DNA from: the human T2T-CHM13v2.0 reference genome, Homo sapiens
Reading direction: 5' to 3' (one strand)
DNA length: 64,000 bases
NCBI RefSeq assembly: GCF_009914755.1
Contig: NC_060947.1
The translations under genes and the position numbers were made by a program. Below, piece after piece: positions 16,475-36,907 of the stretch. Under the pieces are notes generated by a model, which did not search any database, was not told where the DNA came from, and saw nothing but the letters and a program-made list of their open reading frames with translations. Within the stretch, counting starts at the first letter, position 1, and each line of letters opens with the position of its first letter.

Positions 16475-16809
16475 TAAAAAGGGAGTGACCAAAGATACAG
16501 AAAAGGGAGAGAATAGTGGGTAAGATTCAGGAGAAGAGTTTGGGATCTGGGGCTCAGTTGATGATGATGGTAGTGGTGGTGGTCGTGGTGTGTGTTTGTG
16601 TGGATTGAGTAGGGGTGGTAGAAGTTTTGAAGAAGGTGGAAAAGGTAAATTGTCATTGTAGAAAGTGGGAGAGCAAACAGACCAAAGAAACAAAGTAGTC
16701 TTGCTAGGCAGTGTTGATCTTGAGCTCATTCTCTCCCCTTGCTTCTCCCTCCCTCTATAAGTTGCTGGTTTCCAGATCTGTACCTCTAGTCCATGCACTC
16801 ACTGCCTCT

Positions 16810-17360
16810 TGATACCAGTGGGCTAGGTGAGATCCCCGAACACTGGTGGGACCTTGACCCTGCCCGTTGTCCAAGCTCTTGACTGTGTCTTGAGAAAGAA
16901 TTCAAGGACAAGTCAGAAAATAGTGAAAGCACACTCTCAAGAAAGGGGCGTGCAAGTGTACTCAAGAGAGTCGCACCCAATAGGCTTTGGGGCTTCTATT
17001 TTTATGGGTTTCTTTAACCAAGGGATGAAATATTCATGAAGACTTCTGGAAAAAGGTGAAGATTTCTCAGAACTGTGGCACCACCCATTTTTACACCAAA
17101 TATGGGTGTTCCCAGAACTGTTATGGTGCTGGTGGATGTGAGATTATGTTAATGAGCATATAGTGAGATCCTATAGGTCAAATCCAGGGCCATGTTGGGT
17201 CCAGTCATTCTTAGCCAGCTTGGCCCACATCCTGTTATTCAGGGTCTTATGGGTCCTTAGCATATGCAGCTGTTTCAACAGTTTCCTTTTACTAGTCATG
17301 TAAAACTGCTGCCTGAAATTTTCTATTCTCCTGCGACCACCTTATATTATTCCTGTCCCA
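16810..17360 (-). mobile_element. ERV1-class solo LTR, subfamily uncertain
   Basis: TG...CA ends with 4-bp TSD CTCT (16806-16809, 17361-17364). Confidence 0.82.
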
Positions 17361-17811
17361 CTCTGACCTCTAGACCCTCATATCTAACTAACAACTGGAT
17401 ATCTCCACTTGGGTGTCACACAAGTGTTTCACTCACAACATCCAAAAGCGAACTCGTGATCTTCTCTCCCAAATCAGGTCTTCTCTTAGTGTTCCTTATG
17501 CCAGTGAATGATGTTATCATCCATCCTGTTTTACAAGACAGCACCCTAGGAGTCATCTTGTTTTGTCAATTTTCTTCTCCCTCTATATTCAACCAATTAC
17601 CAAGTCCTATTCATTCAGTTTCCTTCACAAATCTTAAATCTATCCATATCATTCATTACCCCTACTACCACTTTAATTCAGGCCAGTATTATCATCTGCA
17701 CTACTGCTATATCCTCCTACCTTCCTCTCCCACCCTTTTATTTTGTTATAAGCAGTCTGAGTGATCTTTTTCAAAAGCAAATATGTCACACCTCTATTTA
17801 AAACCCTTTAA

Positions 17812-18108
<297 letters not shown>

Positions 18109-18231
18109 TAATCACTTTCTAACAGTCTATATACTTTATTCGGACTATTATTTGTTGTCTGTCTCCCTCCCTCCTCTAGAATGTAAGCTGCATGAGTCCA
18201 TGGATCTTTGTTTTGCACACAGCTATATCGC

Positions 18232-18930
<699 letters not shown>

Positions 18931-19010
18931 CTCCCAAACACCTAGGACAGCTCCCAGCGCATAGTAAGCACTCAGCAAATATTTGCTAAAAGACTAGATA
19001 AATGTGAGGC

Positions 19011-19800
19011 TGTTTTGGAAAACTTTCAAACTGGTTTTTTCCTCTGCTTTCACACCACCACAGCAATCATCACAACAGAAGAAGAATTCTATGACCAAAA
19101 GTGGTGGGGGGGTTCCCCCACACACTAAGTCCTCCAATTGAATTCCAACACTCTCTACCTGGAGATACTGTCAGATCCCACAAAGGGAGGGCTCGGTCTC
19201 CAAGGCTGCCCCTCCACACACACTAGGTGCAAGTCCAAGCCTCCAGAACTTCTGACTGACTGGTTTAAGTTGGGGTTCCCACAATCACCTCTTTGGGTTC
19301 CATTAATTTGCTGAAGCAGCTCAGAGAACTCAGGAAACAAGTTTACTGGTTTATTATGAAGGGTATTGAAAAAGATACAGGTAAAGAGATGCATAGGGCA
19401 AGGTATGGGGCAAGGGGCGCGGGGCTTCTACGATCTCCCTGGGTGCAGCACCCTCCAGGAACCTTTATGTGTTCAGCTATCGGGAAGCTCTCCAAACCCA
19501 GTCTTCTTGGGTTTTGACGGACGTGTCATTATGTCAGCATTCCTTCCCCTAAGGTATGTGGCAAGACTCTGTCAGGAGAGGGTCTTAAGATCCATAATCA
19601 GAAAAGTGGGGGAAGGATTCGAGTTCTGCCTTGCGGCAGGTGAAAGGAGAGTGGGAGAAGATCAGATTCTGTTTCCTGAGGCCAGCTTCTGAGGCCTAGC
19701 ACACCCAATATTATAACAAGAGTGTAACAAGGGCTATGGGAGTTATGAGCCAAGAACCATGGGCGAAAACCAATATATATATGTACATCATAACACCGCA
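19011..19800 (-). mobile_element. MER21A-like ERVL LTR
   Basis: Minus strand start TGCGGTGTTATGATG...ATATTGGTTTTCG; 5-bp TSD GAGGC. Confidence 0.87.
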
Positions 19801-20270
19801 GAGGCCCTCCTTGATCTGGCCCCTGCTGTTGTCTCCCAACATCCCCTGCAACATTTCCCTTTGATCTCTCAACTCTATCCAAACAGGACTTTTCCGAAGT
19901 CCTGAAACATGACTTGCTTTCCCCACTCAGAACCTTTACATACTGTGCTCTCTGTCCCGGAGTGCTCTCCCCATCATCCCACCAGCCCTCCCCCACACCA
20001 GCACCACAGTTTGGCATGATTTATCCTTCAGGTCTCAAATGAAATTCAAAAAAATATTTTCTCAAGCAGATTAATTGGCTCTCAAATGAGGTTAGTTAGG
20101 CCTTTGTGTTCTGCTCTCCCATCTATTCATCTCTTCTCTGTGTGTACGTTGCTTAGAAGGAATGTTGTGTTGGTTTGGAAGAATGACTGATAAATTACTC
20201 AGAGGAGGGAGTAAGACCCACAGTGAGACATAAGGAAAGTAATTTTTTCTCTTGAGTGGGGTGCAGATAA

Positions 20271-21057
<787 letters not shown>

Positions 21058-23184
21058 CCTTTCCTATATCTTTTAACCCAACATCCACTAGCTATGACCT
21101 TCTACTCACTCCATTCTCCCTGTATTCACCCCTCCCCAGACAAACCCCACCTCCTTTCACTGTTCCAATCTGCTTCTCTCACAGCTCTCTGTCCATTTCT
21201 GTGACTGGCTGCTGGATTTGATCCAGCAGCACAGAAACCAGCAACCCAGTGAAGGTAAGATACCCACCCAGCAGCCTGGCTCAAGTTCCAGGCATACAGA
21301 GCCCTGTTTCCAATCCTGTTGGTCCTAAAAATATACCAACCCTTGGCAGGTGGCTGGGCTATTTTCAACCTTGGGGGCCGCAGGAATCAAGGGATTCGTG
21401 CCAGGTCAGGAAGCAGAAAAGCAGGCTTTCATTGGTGGGCTTCATATAGAAACAGCTGTCTTGTGGCATGAGTTCAACTGATTCTCAATTGTCTATTTAC
21501 TGGCATTGCCATTTTGCTGTTTCCTTTTTAAAGCTCAATCACATTTTCCAGTTCCACCCTAAAACATGAACCTGGGATAGCAAATGCAGATATTGGGAGG
21601 GGAGGGTGAAAGTCCAGAGAAATATCTTTTTAAAACCTGTCCACCTTCATGTAGTTCTGGAATTACAGAGGAGCGCTGAAGGAACACTGAGTGACTTCTA
21701 GTTTCTCAGCAGTTTCAGGCTTAAACATCATGTCTAAAAAGTGGGTCATGGTGCCTGTTTCTGCTGGCAAAATTAAAGTACTATTATTATCCCCATTTTA
21801 CAGGGGAAGAAACCTGAGGAACAGAGAGGTTAAATTACTTGTCCAAGCTCACACAACTAGGAAGTGGCAAACTCAGATCTGTCAGGTTTCAAAGCTTATG
21901 CTCTTAATCACTAGTGTTTCTGACACTGTGGTCCTCAAGTTGTCCCACAGAATGGTATTAAGTCAATGACCATCTTATAACCAAATACTGTCATGCAATT
22001 TCAGCACTAAAATTTGCATTTCTGTTTACAATCATAATGGTACCAAAGATTACTACTTTAATTCTTTTGGATCCAAGGGAAAAGAACAGAGGTAGACATA
22101 AAGTATAAGTGATATATTTCCTTCAAACGAAGCCAGATAACATCAAAGTTAATTCAGAGGAATTGTTTTAATAATGCACATGCTAATATTCAATTCACAC
22201 TGGGGCAAGTGATTTCATTTTAGCAAAACAACACCATCCATTATATTAAACTAGTGTTAGTGATTTGAGTTGTATTGATTTTTTAGTTTTGTTTGCATTT
22301 AATATGTGAAATCATTCTGGATTTACAGTTGTTTAAATGCTATGAGTATAAGGAGTTTATGTCTTGTTTTATGTTATCATATATGTAAGTAATATTATAA
22401 TAGAAGATCAACACTGAGGGCCTGAAATAATTATTTTCTGATGGAAAGTGTCCACACATTGTTCCTATTTGAGAATCTGCTGTACAGGGCATTGAAAACT
22501 GTAAAGAGCTGCATGACTGTCCAGGAATTCTTTTTGTTAGAATTTTGTTTTTGTTGCTGTTATCACCTTGGAGATATGTGAAGGACTCAAGGTGACCCTA
22601 ACCTCCCTTAAACCACTGGCGCATGTAGGCAATAAAACTAGACATCTTTGGCATGTCTTGACTATTCAGTCTAATTACTGTATCTTGGTAATTTGTGTTT
22701 TAAGCTATTGCTAAAAGATCGGACAATTTTCTCATTTGTTTCTCCAAACAAAAAGGATGCAGTGGCAGGTCTTAAGGTGAGGAAAGAGAAAAAGGGGGAT
22801 AATTTCTATTTTCTTTCACTTCCTCCAAATTGCATATCATTTTCAGCTCCTTTCAAACCTGAACGTAGTTATGAAATTGGGCAAATTGGTTCAAAATGAT
22901 TGCCCACTCCCTATTCTCCAAAAAGAAAGAAATGGAATGAAATCAAAGCTCCTCACTCCATCCCCAGAGTAAAGGGAAATGTTTGATGCAGCTCAGACTG
23001 GAACTCTAATTCTGGCTTTGCAATTTAGAAGCTCTGATCCTCAGTTTCCTTACATGCAAAATAGGGATAAGATAATACTATCTTCAACCTCATAGAGCTG
23101 TAGTGAAGATTAATGTAAATGAGATAATATGTGTATATCATCTAGATGGTGCCTATCACAAAGGAGGTACTCAAAAAAACTTGA

Positions 23185-23601
<417 letters not shown>

Positions 23602-23940
23602 TAATTCCCTCTAACAACAGAGCCTATTTTATTTTTTTTGTCCACATTCTTTCAGGGCAAACACATGGAAAAATGCTTAAGATATAATGTTAAGCCAAAA
23701 AAAAAAAAAGGGAAACAAAAGTACGTGTACATGGAACTTACAACCAAGGCTGGGCCTCTGTCTTCCTCTTTGCTGTATCTCCAGTCCTTAGAACAATGAT
23801 TGTTGCCTGGTAAGTGGTATGACTTAATAAATACCTGTGGAATGAACAAACTATGGAAAAATTTGAAAGCAGCTGAACAAGGTCAGAAGGAAGCATCTAG
23901 GAGTGAAAAATACTGGGATTGGATTAGAGCAGAAATGTGA

Positions 23941-24062
23941 CTCTTTTCCTTCCTTCCTCCCTCCCTCTCTCCCTCCCTTCCTTCCTTCTTTCCCTCCTTC
24001 TTTCCTTTTTTTCTTTTCTCCCTTCCTTTCTTCTTTCTTTTCCTCCTTCCTTTCTTCTTTCT
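23941..24062 (+). repeat. CT-rich polypyrimidine tract
   Basis: About 120 bp of pure C/T. Confidence 0.92.
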
Positions 24063-24643
24063 AAAAATTTTTAAAGTATTAAAATATATTTACAGTTGAA
24101 ACATGGGAAAATGAACGTATCCTGTTTGCCTTACAGAAAAAATGCACGTTAAAAATTTCAGTCAAGCTGGCCAAAGGAGCCACAGATGTATTATTAAATT
24201 GTAATCTGGCATTATAAATTATAAGCAGGCTTTGCTGGGAATGTTCCTTGGTCCTTTTATTGCACTGTAAGGAGAAAATATTCAGAACACTTTGAAGCAT
24301 TCGCACTTCAAATAAACATAAAAGAAAGGGGCAACTTGGCAATGGGTGAAATGCCATGCAGGCTTCAACATGTGGACCTAATAGAGTTGCTGTAGAGAGC
24401 TTGACAAGTAAATTTATTAGAATTTGTTCATGAAATAATTTATTTATAGTGTATGGACAATGAACCACATTCAACTTTTCTATTTAAACTCTTGGAGTTT
24501 TGAATGTACCTTGAAAGAGTTCAACTTCTTCATTTTACAGATGAGAAAAGTAATCCCAGTTTGGGGATGTGACTTCTCCAAAGTCACATTTGTATTTCTA
24601 TCCCTCAGCAGCCTCATCCCAATCAATCTCCACACTTGCATAG

Positions 24644-25150
<507 letters not shown>

Positions 25151-25312
25151 TGATTTTTCAAAGTGCATTGACACACATCTTGGTGTCTCAGGTTCTCCAT
25201 GTACAAATTGGGGTTAATTATGGAAACTACCTCGTTCAAGACTACTGTGAGAATTAAATGAAATAGCCTCCAGTAAGCATTAACAATTGTTATTATCTTC
25301 TTAAATAAAAAT

Positions 25313-26065
<753 letters not shown>

Positions 26066-26381
26066 TCTTTATTGTTATAATTACTATCTTGTGGAATTTC
26101 CTCCACAGCTTTGGAAGACAGGCAGCATACGCCCTCCCATCATTTTACCTGTGAGCATATGAAAGACAGAGGGGTTAAGTGGCTCATCTAGCTTGTAAGT
26201 ACCACAGTCACATCTGGAACTCTGATATTCTGCCACCCCATGCATTGATCAACTCCTTCAAGATCCTTTCCAACTCTAAAATTCTGTGGTTTCAATATAA
26301 ATGAATCTCAGGGTCAGCATTTTAAAAACTTTGAGTTTTTTGTCTCAAGAAAGTAGCAAAGGGTAGGGCTCACATTAGATA

Positions 26382-26711
26382 GAGTCGTCCCTCTGTATCT
26401 ACAGAGGATTGGCTCTAGGACCCTCATGGATACCAAAATTCTCAGATGCTCAAGTCTCTGATATAAAATGGCGTAGTATTTGCACATAACTGATGCACAT
26501 CCTTCTTTATATAAACCATCTCTAGATTACTTATAATACCCAATACAATGTAAATGCTATGTAAATACATACACTGCATTGTTTAGGGAAGAATGACAAC
26601 AACAACAAAAAATCTGTACATGTTCAGCACAGGCATTTTTTTTCAAATATCTTTGATTTCAAGTTGATTGAATCCACAGATGCATAACCCACAGATACAG
26701 AGGGCTGTCTG
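26382..26711. mobile_element. MER2 (TcMar-Tigger MITE)
   Basis: Inverted termini CCCTCTGTATCT / AGATACAGAGGG, TA flanks. Confidence 0.88.
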
Positions 26712-26949
26712 TACTAATAAATCAGTGGTGTCCCATTTAGTGCATTTAATTTATGCAGATTTAACTGTGTGGGTATGCTCTACCAATACAGGAAAATAAA
26801 AGAAATAGAAAAAGCAAATCCATTTGCCATTCCATTTAGTAAGTATATGCCACAGAATGAGCATGAGACAGGAGTAAATCAGTTGGACAGCATATATGCA
26901 AGGGCATGGATAGTATACTTTATGGGAAATTATTGGAACTTTCAAGAAA

Positions 26950-27894
<945 letters not shown>

Positions 27895-28302
27895 AGAATA
27901 ATTTTAATGTGATTTTTGGCTTGACATGCTGACTCTGTAACTTAACTTTCACATTAGATATGACACTGCAATACTACTGCTACTGCTACTACTAACAGTA
28001 TAATCTACAGATTACTACATGTTGAAGTGTTAAGTTATTTTTAAAGTGCATTACCTTATTTAATTACCATAAGAATCCTATAAGAACAGGTACTTAATTA
28101 TCCCCATTTTCTTTGGGAATTTATGATACTAGTAATAATAGTATTGTAATAAAAGCTGCAAACTTTTGAAAGTCTAATAGCTCAGAAAGGTCACTTTGTT
28201 CAAAATCTTAACAGCTCTTAAGTATCAGACCCAGAGTTACAACCCACATTGGTGAAGTTACACAGACAGAACTCATAAAATGTGACAGGCATTGAGAAGT
28301 GA

Positions 28303-28609
<307 letters not shown>

Positions 28610-28817
28610 AGAAGTGATTTCTTATTGGTCATCATATCTCCATGAGAAGTTGTATCTAAAAGCCCTGGAATGTCATTTGGAATGGATGTATTTGTTTGAG
28701 AACATGCATTTAAATCCTGGCCAAGACCAGAATGGCTTTGCTGTCACCCTGACGGTTGTTGAGCCGAAGTATTTGTTTCTCTAAAATTATTTGTATAGGT
28801 TCCTTTTAAAAAGTTAT

Positions 28818-29465
<648 letters not shown>

Positions 29466-30062
29466 TGTCATTTTGTAAGGTAGCTATTGTTTTATCTAAA
29501 AATGAAAATCTGTTCAACAGAAGCAATGCCTGAAGTTTCAAAAATCATGTAACTTTAGAAACTCTGATAAGAGTTTGTCCATGAGCTTTAAACTGATTTC
29601 CCTTCTACAGTAAAGTAGAAATTTGGAGGCCAGTTTCTGCAAATGCTCTGGGTGACTGTGGCCAACACGCCTCCTCTAGATGGTCCTCAGTTTTTTTCCT
29701 AAATTTGAGATGTTATTTTAGGATTCCATCCAGCTCTATTATATGAATTGAAATATTCCTGGTTTCTCTTAAATACTTGGATAATTCTGGTCCTTATAAA
29801 TGGCTAATTTTTATTTCATCAGTTACTAAGTCTAAATATCACCTAGAATATGAAGAGTAAAACTTTCAAAGAGCTCTTCAAAATTTGAGATGTTGTTTTT
29901 CACAGTGATATGTTTGTGCCAACAAATAAGAAAACAAGTTGTAGGTATATAAACCATTTGTAAGAGCCCATCGACACTGAATGCAAAAGTGGGGATTCTC
30001 CTAAACAACTGTGGAAACCACTTTGAAAATAAATATTGTTCTCTTTTATAATACAAGGTTGA

Positions 30063-30360
30063 GGCCAGGCGCGGTGGCTCACGCCTGTAATCCTAGCACT
30101 TTGGGAGGCTGAGGCGGGCGGATCATGAGGTCAGGAGATTGAGACCATCCTGGCTAACATGGTGAAACTCCGTCTCTACTAAAAATACAAAAAATAAGCC
30201 GGGCATGGTGGTGGGCGCCTGTAGTCCCAGCTACTCGGGAGGCTGAGGCCGGAGAATGGCGTGAACTTGGGAAGTGGAGCTTGCAGTGAGCCGAGATCGC
30301 GCGCACCACTGCACTCCAGCCTGGGCGACAGAGCGAGACTCCGTCTGGAAAAAAAAAAAA
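30063..30360 (+). mobile_element. AluY
   Basis: CpG-rich, GACCATCCTGGCTAACA and GAATGGCGTGAAC. Confidence 0.94.
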
Positions 30361-30567
30361 CATACAAGATTGATGTTAAAGACAAAATCTATTTCATACT
30401 TCCTATGCATTCCTAAAAGTCAACTTTAACTCTTGTGCTGTCTCCTTAACATTTGTTGTATTTTCAAGTCATATCTTTATTTTCCCAGAACTTTCTCATT
30501 TTCTGATTGCTTTTTCTGGTTTTATGTTTGTAATATATTTTTTCATCTTTCTGGGGGTCGTTTTTGA

Positions 30568-30909
<342 letters not shown>

Positions 30910-32062
30910 TTGAACTTCTTTTATGTTGTTTTCCTTCAAATTGTTGGTGTTCCTTAGTTGACCATTTGTTTATAATTGGAGGACTTTGATGAATAGGTGA
31001 AATAGCTTGTCTTTGAATAGATCTATTTACCCTAAGGTCATCATTCCTGTAAGGACTATCTGCCTGCAGCCTCTGTAAGAGCAGATGGGTCCCTTAATGA
31101 GCAGGCTTGCCTTTGGGTACCAGGCAGTGAGGCCAGCTCAGGTCATCCTCCCAACATATTCATTGCTAAAGCAAGGAGGACTTTATTCTTTGTGTACTTT
31201 ACCCCTGGGTGCTGCTTCGTTTCCTTTCTTCCCTCTGGGTCTGCCGTGGAGGCTGGAAGTAACCACAGGCTCTGTCTGCCTCTCTCCTTTGTCCCAATAC
31301 CCATTTCTAGGGCTGGCAAGATAAACTACCTACTCCAATAAAGAAGAGGTTATTGAGTGGGTGCTGGTTACAGATGCTGCTTCATATACCTTGGAAACAG
31401 GGAGGAACCTTCAGTCCTAGATGTTCCACCCTGATTTCTGATCCTCAATCTACTTTGCTTTCTGTACCTATGAACTTCAAGACCTATGAGTTAGTCCTAT
31501 GTACTTTTTGATGGTGGGGGACATGTCTCATTCACTGTCGTATCTCCAGAATCTAGAATAGTATCTGCCACAGAGTAGGTGCTCGTGAAGTTTTCATGAT
31601 CCAATGAAGGGGACCAAATTATGGAGGGCCTTGGTGCCAAATTATTTTATCCTGAAGAAAATGAGGAGTTACTGAAGATTTTTTGAGCAAGGGGAAGTCA
31701 TGATTGGATCTGCAGTTTTGAAAGATCATTTTGACTGCAGAATGGGCAGTTAGAGGAAGTCTAGAGACCTGTTAGAAGACTGTTCCAATTATCCAAACCA
31801 GAGATGATGATCAGTGCTTAAACTAAATTTGTGGCAATGGGGATAAAGAGATGGGAATTGATTCAAATGTAAACCAAAAATAAAATTCTAACCCCCGCCC
31901 CCACCGCCCCCAATCATCTGAATGGACTTCTTCCTCGGCCAGGGCACTCTCAAAATATAACCTGAGAGACTGGCTCAGGCCTTGACGGGAAGTGGGGGCC
32001 AGACATGCCTTCTTATACTTCTCTGGTATTAACATCAATGCAGTCTGGTAAGAAGCATTTAT

Positions 32063-32795
32063 GGCCAGGCACGGTGGCTCATGCCTGTAATCCCAGCACT
32101 TTGGGAGGCTGAGGTGGGCGGATCACCTGATGTCAGTGTTAGGTCTCTGAGCCCAAGCTAAGCCATCATATCCCCAGTGACCTGCACGTATACATCCAGA
32201 TGGCCTGAATCAACTGAAGATCCACAAAAAAAGTGAAAATAGCCTTAACTGATGACATTCCACCATTGTGATTTATTTCTGCCCCAGCCTAACTGATCAA
32301 AGTACTTTGTAATCTCCCCCACCCTTAGGAAGGTTCTTTATAATCTCCCCCACCCTTGAGAATGTACTTTGTGAGATCTGCCCCGTGCCCCCAAAACATT
32401 GCTCTTAACTCCACCGCCTATCCCAACACCTATAAGAACCAATGATAATCCCACCACACTTTGCTGACTCTCTTTTCGGACTCAGCCCGCCTGCACCCAG
32501 GTGAAATAAACAGCCATGTTGCTCAAACAAAGCCTGTTTGGTTGTCTGTTCACACGGATGCGTGAGACAGTCAGGAGTTCGAGACCAGCCTGGCCAACAT
32601 GGTGAAACCCCATCTCTACTAAAAACACAAAAAATTAGCTGGGCGTGGTGGTGCATGCCTGTAGTCCCAGCTGCTCAGGAGACTGAAGCAGGAGAATCGT
32701 CTGAGCCTGGGAGGCAGAGGTTGCAGTGAGCGGAGATCTGTCACTGCACTCCAGCCTGGGTGACAGAGTGAGACTCTGTCTCAGTAAAAAAAAAA
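32063..32795 (+). mobile_element. AluS split by LTR7
   Basis: TSD AAGAAGCATTTA (32050-32061, 32796-32807). Confidence 0.93.
32137..32569 (+). mobile_element. HERV-H solo LTR (LTR7B-like)
   Basis: TGTTAGGTCTCTGAGCCCAAGCTAAGCC start, repeated CTCCCCCACCCTT, 5-bp TSD GTCAG. Confidence 0.94.
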
Positions 32796-33437
32796 AAGAA
32801 GCATTTACAATCTATTCTCTCTGAAGCCTGCTACCTGGAGGCTTCATCTGCATGATAAAACTTTGGTCTCCACAACCTCTTATCTCATCTCAGACATTTC
32901 CTTTCTGTTGATACCAGGTCTTCAGATAAACTCAACCAATTGTCAACCAGAAAGTTTTAAATCTACCTATAACCTGAAAGCCCTCCTCCCTGCTTTGAGT
33001 TGTCCCACCTTTCTGGACCAAACCACTGCACATCTTAAATGTATTTGATTTAAGTCTCGGGCCTCCCTAAAATGTATACAACCAAGCTGCACCCTGAGCA
33101 CCTTGGGCAAATGTTCTCAGGATCTCCTGGGGGCTGTGTCACAGGCCATGGTCACTCATATTTGGCTCAGAATAAATCTCTTCAAATATTTTAAAGAGGT
33201 TGACTCTTTTTGTCGACACAAACAAATATTTATTGTGCACCTAGCAGGTGGCAGGCTTAGTCCTAGATGCTGGGGATGCAGCAGTGAATAACACAAAGTT
33301 TTACCCTTATGGAGCTCACATTCTAGGGGCGGAAGGAAGAAAAATAAACAGCAATTTCATATATTACCTTTGTGAGGTCATAGTAAATACTAAGAAAGAT
33401 AAAGCAGAATAAGGACGCAGAGATCAAGTAGGGTAGA

Positions 33438-33838
33438 TGTCAGGACTCAGAGTCCAGGCTAAGCCATCATATCCCCTGTGACCTGCACGTATACATCCAG
33501 ATGGCCTGAAGTAACTGAAGAATCACAAAAGAAGTGAAAATGGCCTGTTCCTGCCTTAACTGATGACATTACCTTGTGAAATTCCTTCTCCTGGCTCATC
33601 CTGGCTCAAAAGCTCCCCCACTGAGCACCTTGTGTTCCCCGCCCCTGCTCGCCAGAGAACAACCCCCTTTGACTGTAATTTTCCTTTACCTACCCAAATC
33701 CTATAAAACAGTCCTACCCCTATCTCCCTTCGCTGACTCTCTTTTCGGACTCAGCCCTTCTGCACCCAGGTGAAATAAACAGCTTTATTGCTCACACAAA
33801 GCCTGTTTGGTGGTCTCTTCACATGGATGCGAGTGAAA
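33438..33838 (+). mobile_element. HERV-H solo LTR (LTR7)
   Basis: TGTCAGG start, CTGGCTCATCCTGGCTCAAAAGCTCC, GTGAAA end, 5-bp TSD GTAGA. Confidence 0.94.
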
Positions 33839-33924
33839 GTAGAGACATGCCATTTATGATATGGTGTTCTGTGAAGCAGTGGAGAAAAGACTGAAGGAAG
33901 TGAGGAAGCCGCAAGAAAACCTGG

Positions 33925-35028
<1,104 letters not shown>

Positions 35029-35053
35029 TCAGGTGGGTTGGTTGGTTCTATAA

Positions 35054-35451
<398 letters not shown>

Positions 35452-35634
35452 TAAAAGAAGAAATTCTGAGAAGACAACACTGGCTAAGTAGGGAAGGCTC
35501 TGTTACCAGAAGGCTCTATTGTAGAAGGGCCCAGATGCCAGAAAATGGCCCTGAGCCAGGGAGCCAATGTCACTCTGGAAACAGGTCAGTAGTGTGAAGG
35601 GAGAGGCTCTTTCAGATGTCCCTGGCATGAATAT

Positions 35635-36670
35635 TGTGGCAAGCAGAATAATGGAGCCCCAAAGATACCCATTTTGTAACTCCCAGCATCTGTGAATATG
35701 TTACATGGCAAGGAGGTGTAAGCTAAAAGAATCCAAAGTCCCTCCACCGACTGAAGGGACTCCTTCTTGGCCAAGGAGACCTCTCACAAAAACCTTAAAG
35801 ACTGAATTCCTGGCCATGACAAGAAGTGAGATTGAACGTGCCTCATTATACCCCCACCCCTTTGGAGCTTAGGCACAACTGACCAGCATTAAGGTTAAAA
35901 TAGAGATCATAACACTGACAAAACAGACTCTTTATGACTAAGATACCCAATTATAAACAAGACCTAAGGCTATGCAAGTCAAAGGTTAAATTGCAGTTGC
36001 CAGTCATTGATCTTGTGACATAGCATCCTTATCTTAAAACATTCCTTTCTGTTGACTCCCAAGTTTTAGACAGAGCTTTACTCCTTTAACCAACTGCAAG
36101 TTAAAGAATCTCGGAGGCCACCTATGACCTGTAAACCCCCACTTCAAAATATCCAGCTTTTTTTGGCCAAACCAATGTATAAACTCTATGTACTGATTTA
36201 TGACTTTGCCTGTAACTTCTACTTCCCTGAAATATATGAAACAGAGTTGTGACCTAACTGCCTCATGACCACTTACTCAAGGCTTCTTGGATTTGTGTTT
36301 CTTCCTGGGCCCCAATCACTCATGTTGGCTTAGAATAAGTCTCTTTAAAATATTTTAGAGTTTGTTTTTTTGTTAACTGAAGAATTAAGTTTGTAGGTGG
36401 AATTAAGGTTGCTGATCAGCTGACTTTGAGATGGAGCGATTATCCTGGATTATCCAGGTAGGCCCAATATAATCATAAGGATCCTTATAAATAAACAAAG
36501 GAGGCAGGGAAATTTGTGTCAGAGTGATTTGATATGAGAAACGCTCAACCTATGCCTTTGAAGATAGAGAAAGTGGGTCAGTCATGAGTCATGTGGTGAC
36601 CTCTAGAAGCTAGACAAAGCCAGGAAACGGATTCTCTTCTGCAGCCTCCACAAGGGAATGAAGGCTGGCA
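35635..36670 (+). mobile_element. MLT1-type LTR split by a MER4-family LTR (about 35717-36378)
   Basis: CTGTGAATATGTTACATGGCAA resumes as GGAATTAAGGTTGCTGATCAGCTGAC; inner element resembles the 31868 LTR. Confidence 0.78.
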
Positions 36671-36784
36671 TCTAAACTCAATTAGCAAAATAAATTCAAT
36701 AAGGAAGATTTGAAGATCAAAGACCTTCCTCTCTCTGGCTTCACATTTCTCATCACTAGGTCAGTGATGTTCAAATCATTTTTA

Positions 36785-36871
36785 GGTGATAGTTTTATGT
36801 GTCAACTGACTGGGCCATGGAGTCAAGAGGGTTTGGTCAAGCATTATTCTAGGTGTGTCTGTAAAGGTAGG

Positions 36872-36907
<36 letters not shown>

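Larger units (their letters stand above)
31868..33218 (+). mobile_element. MER4-family ERV1 solo LTR hosting an Alu and an LTR7
   Basis: TGTAAACCAAAAATAAAATTCTAA start, TTGTCGACA end, TSD CAAA. Confidence 0.88.

Noticed and set aside
17264-17764. 166-aa ORF
   Set aside because: Spans an LTR/L2 junction; no coherent protein motif
32137-33838. Apparent short provirus bounded by two LTR7s
   Set aside because: Each LTR has its own TSD and the spacer is Alu/MER4/L2 sequence
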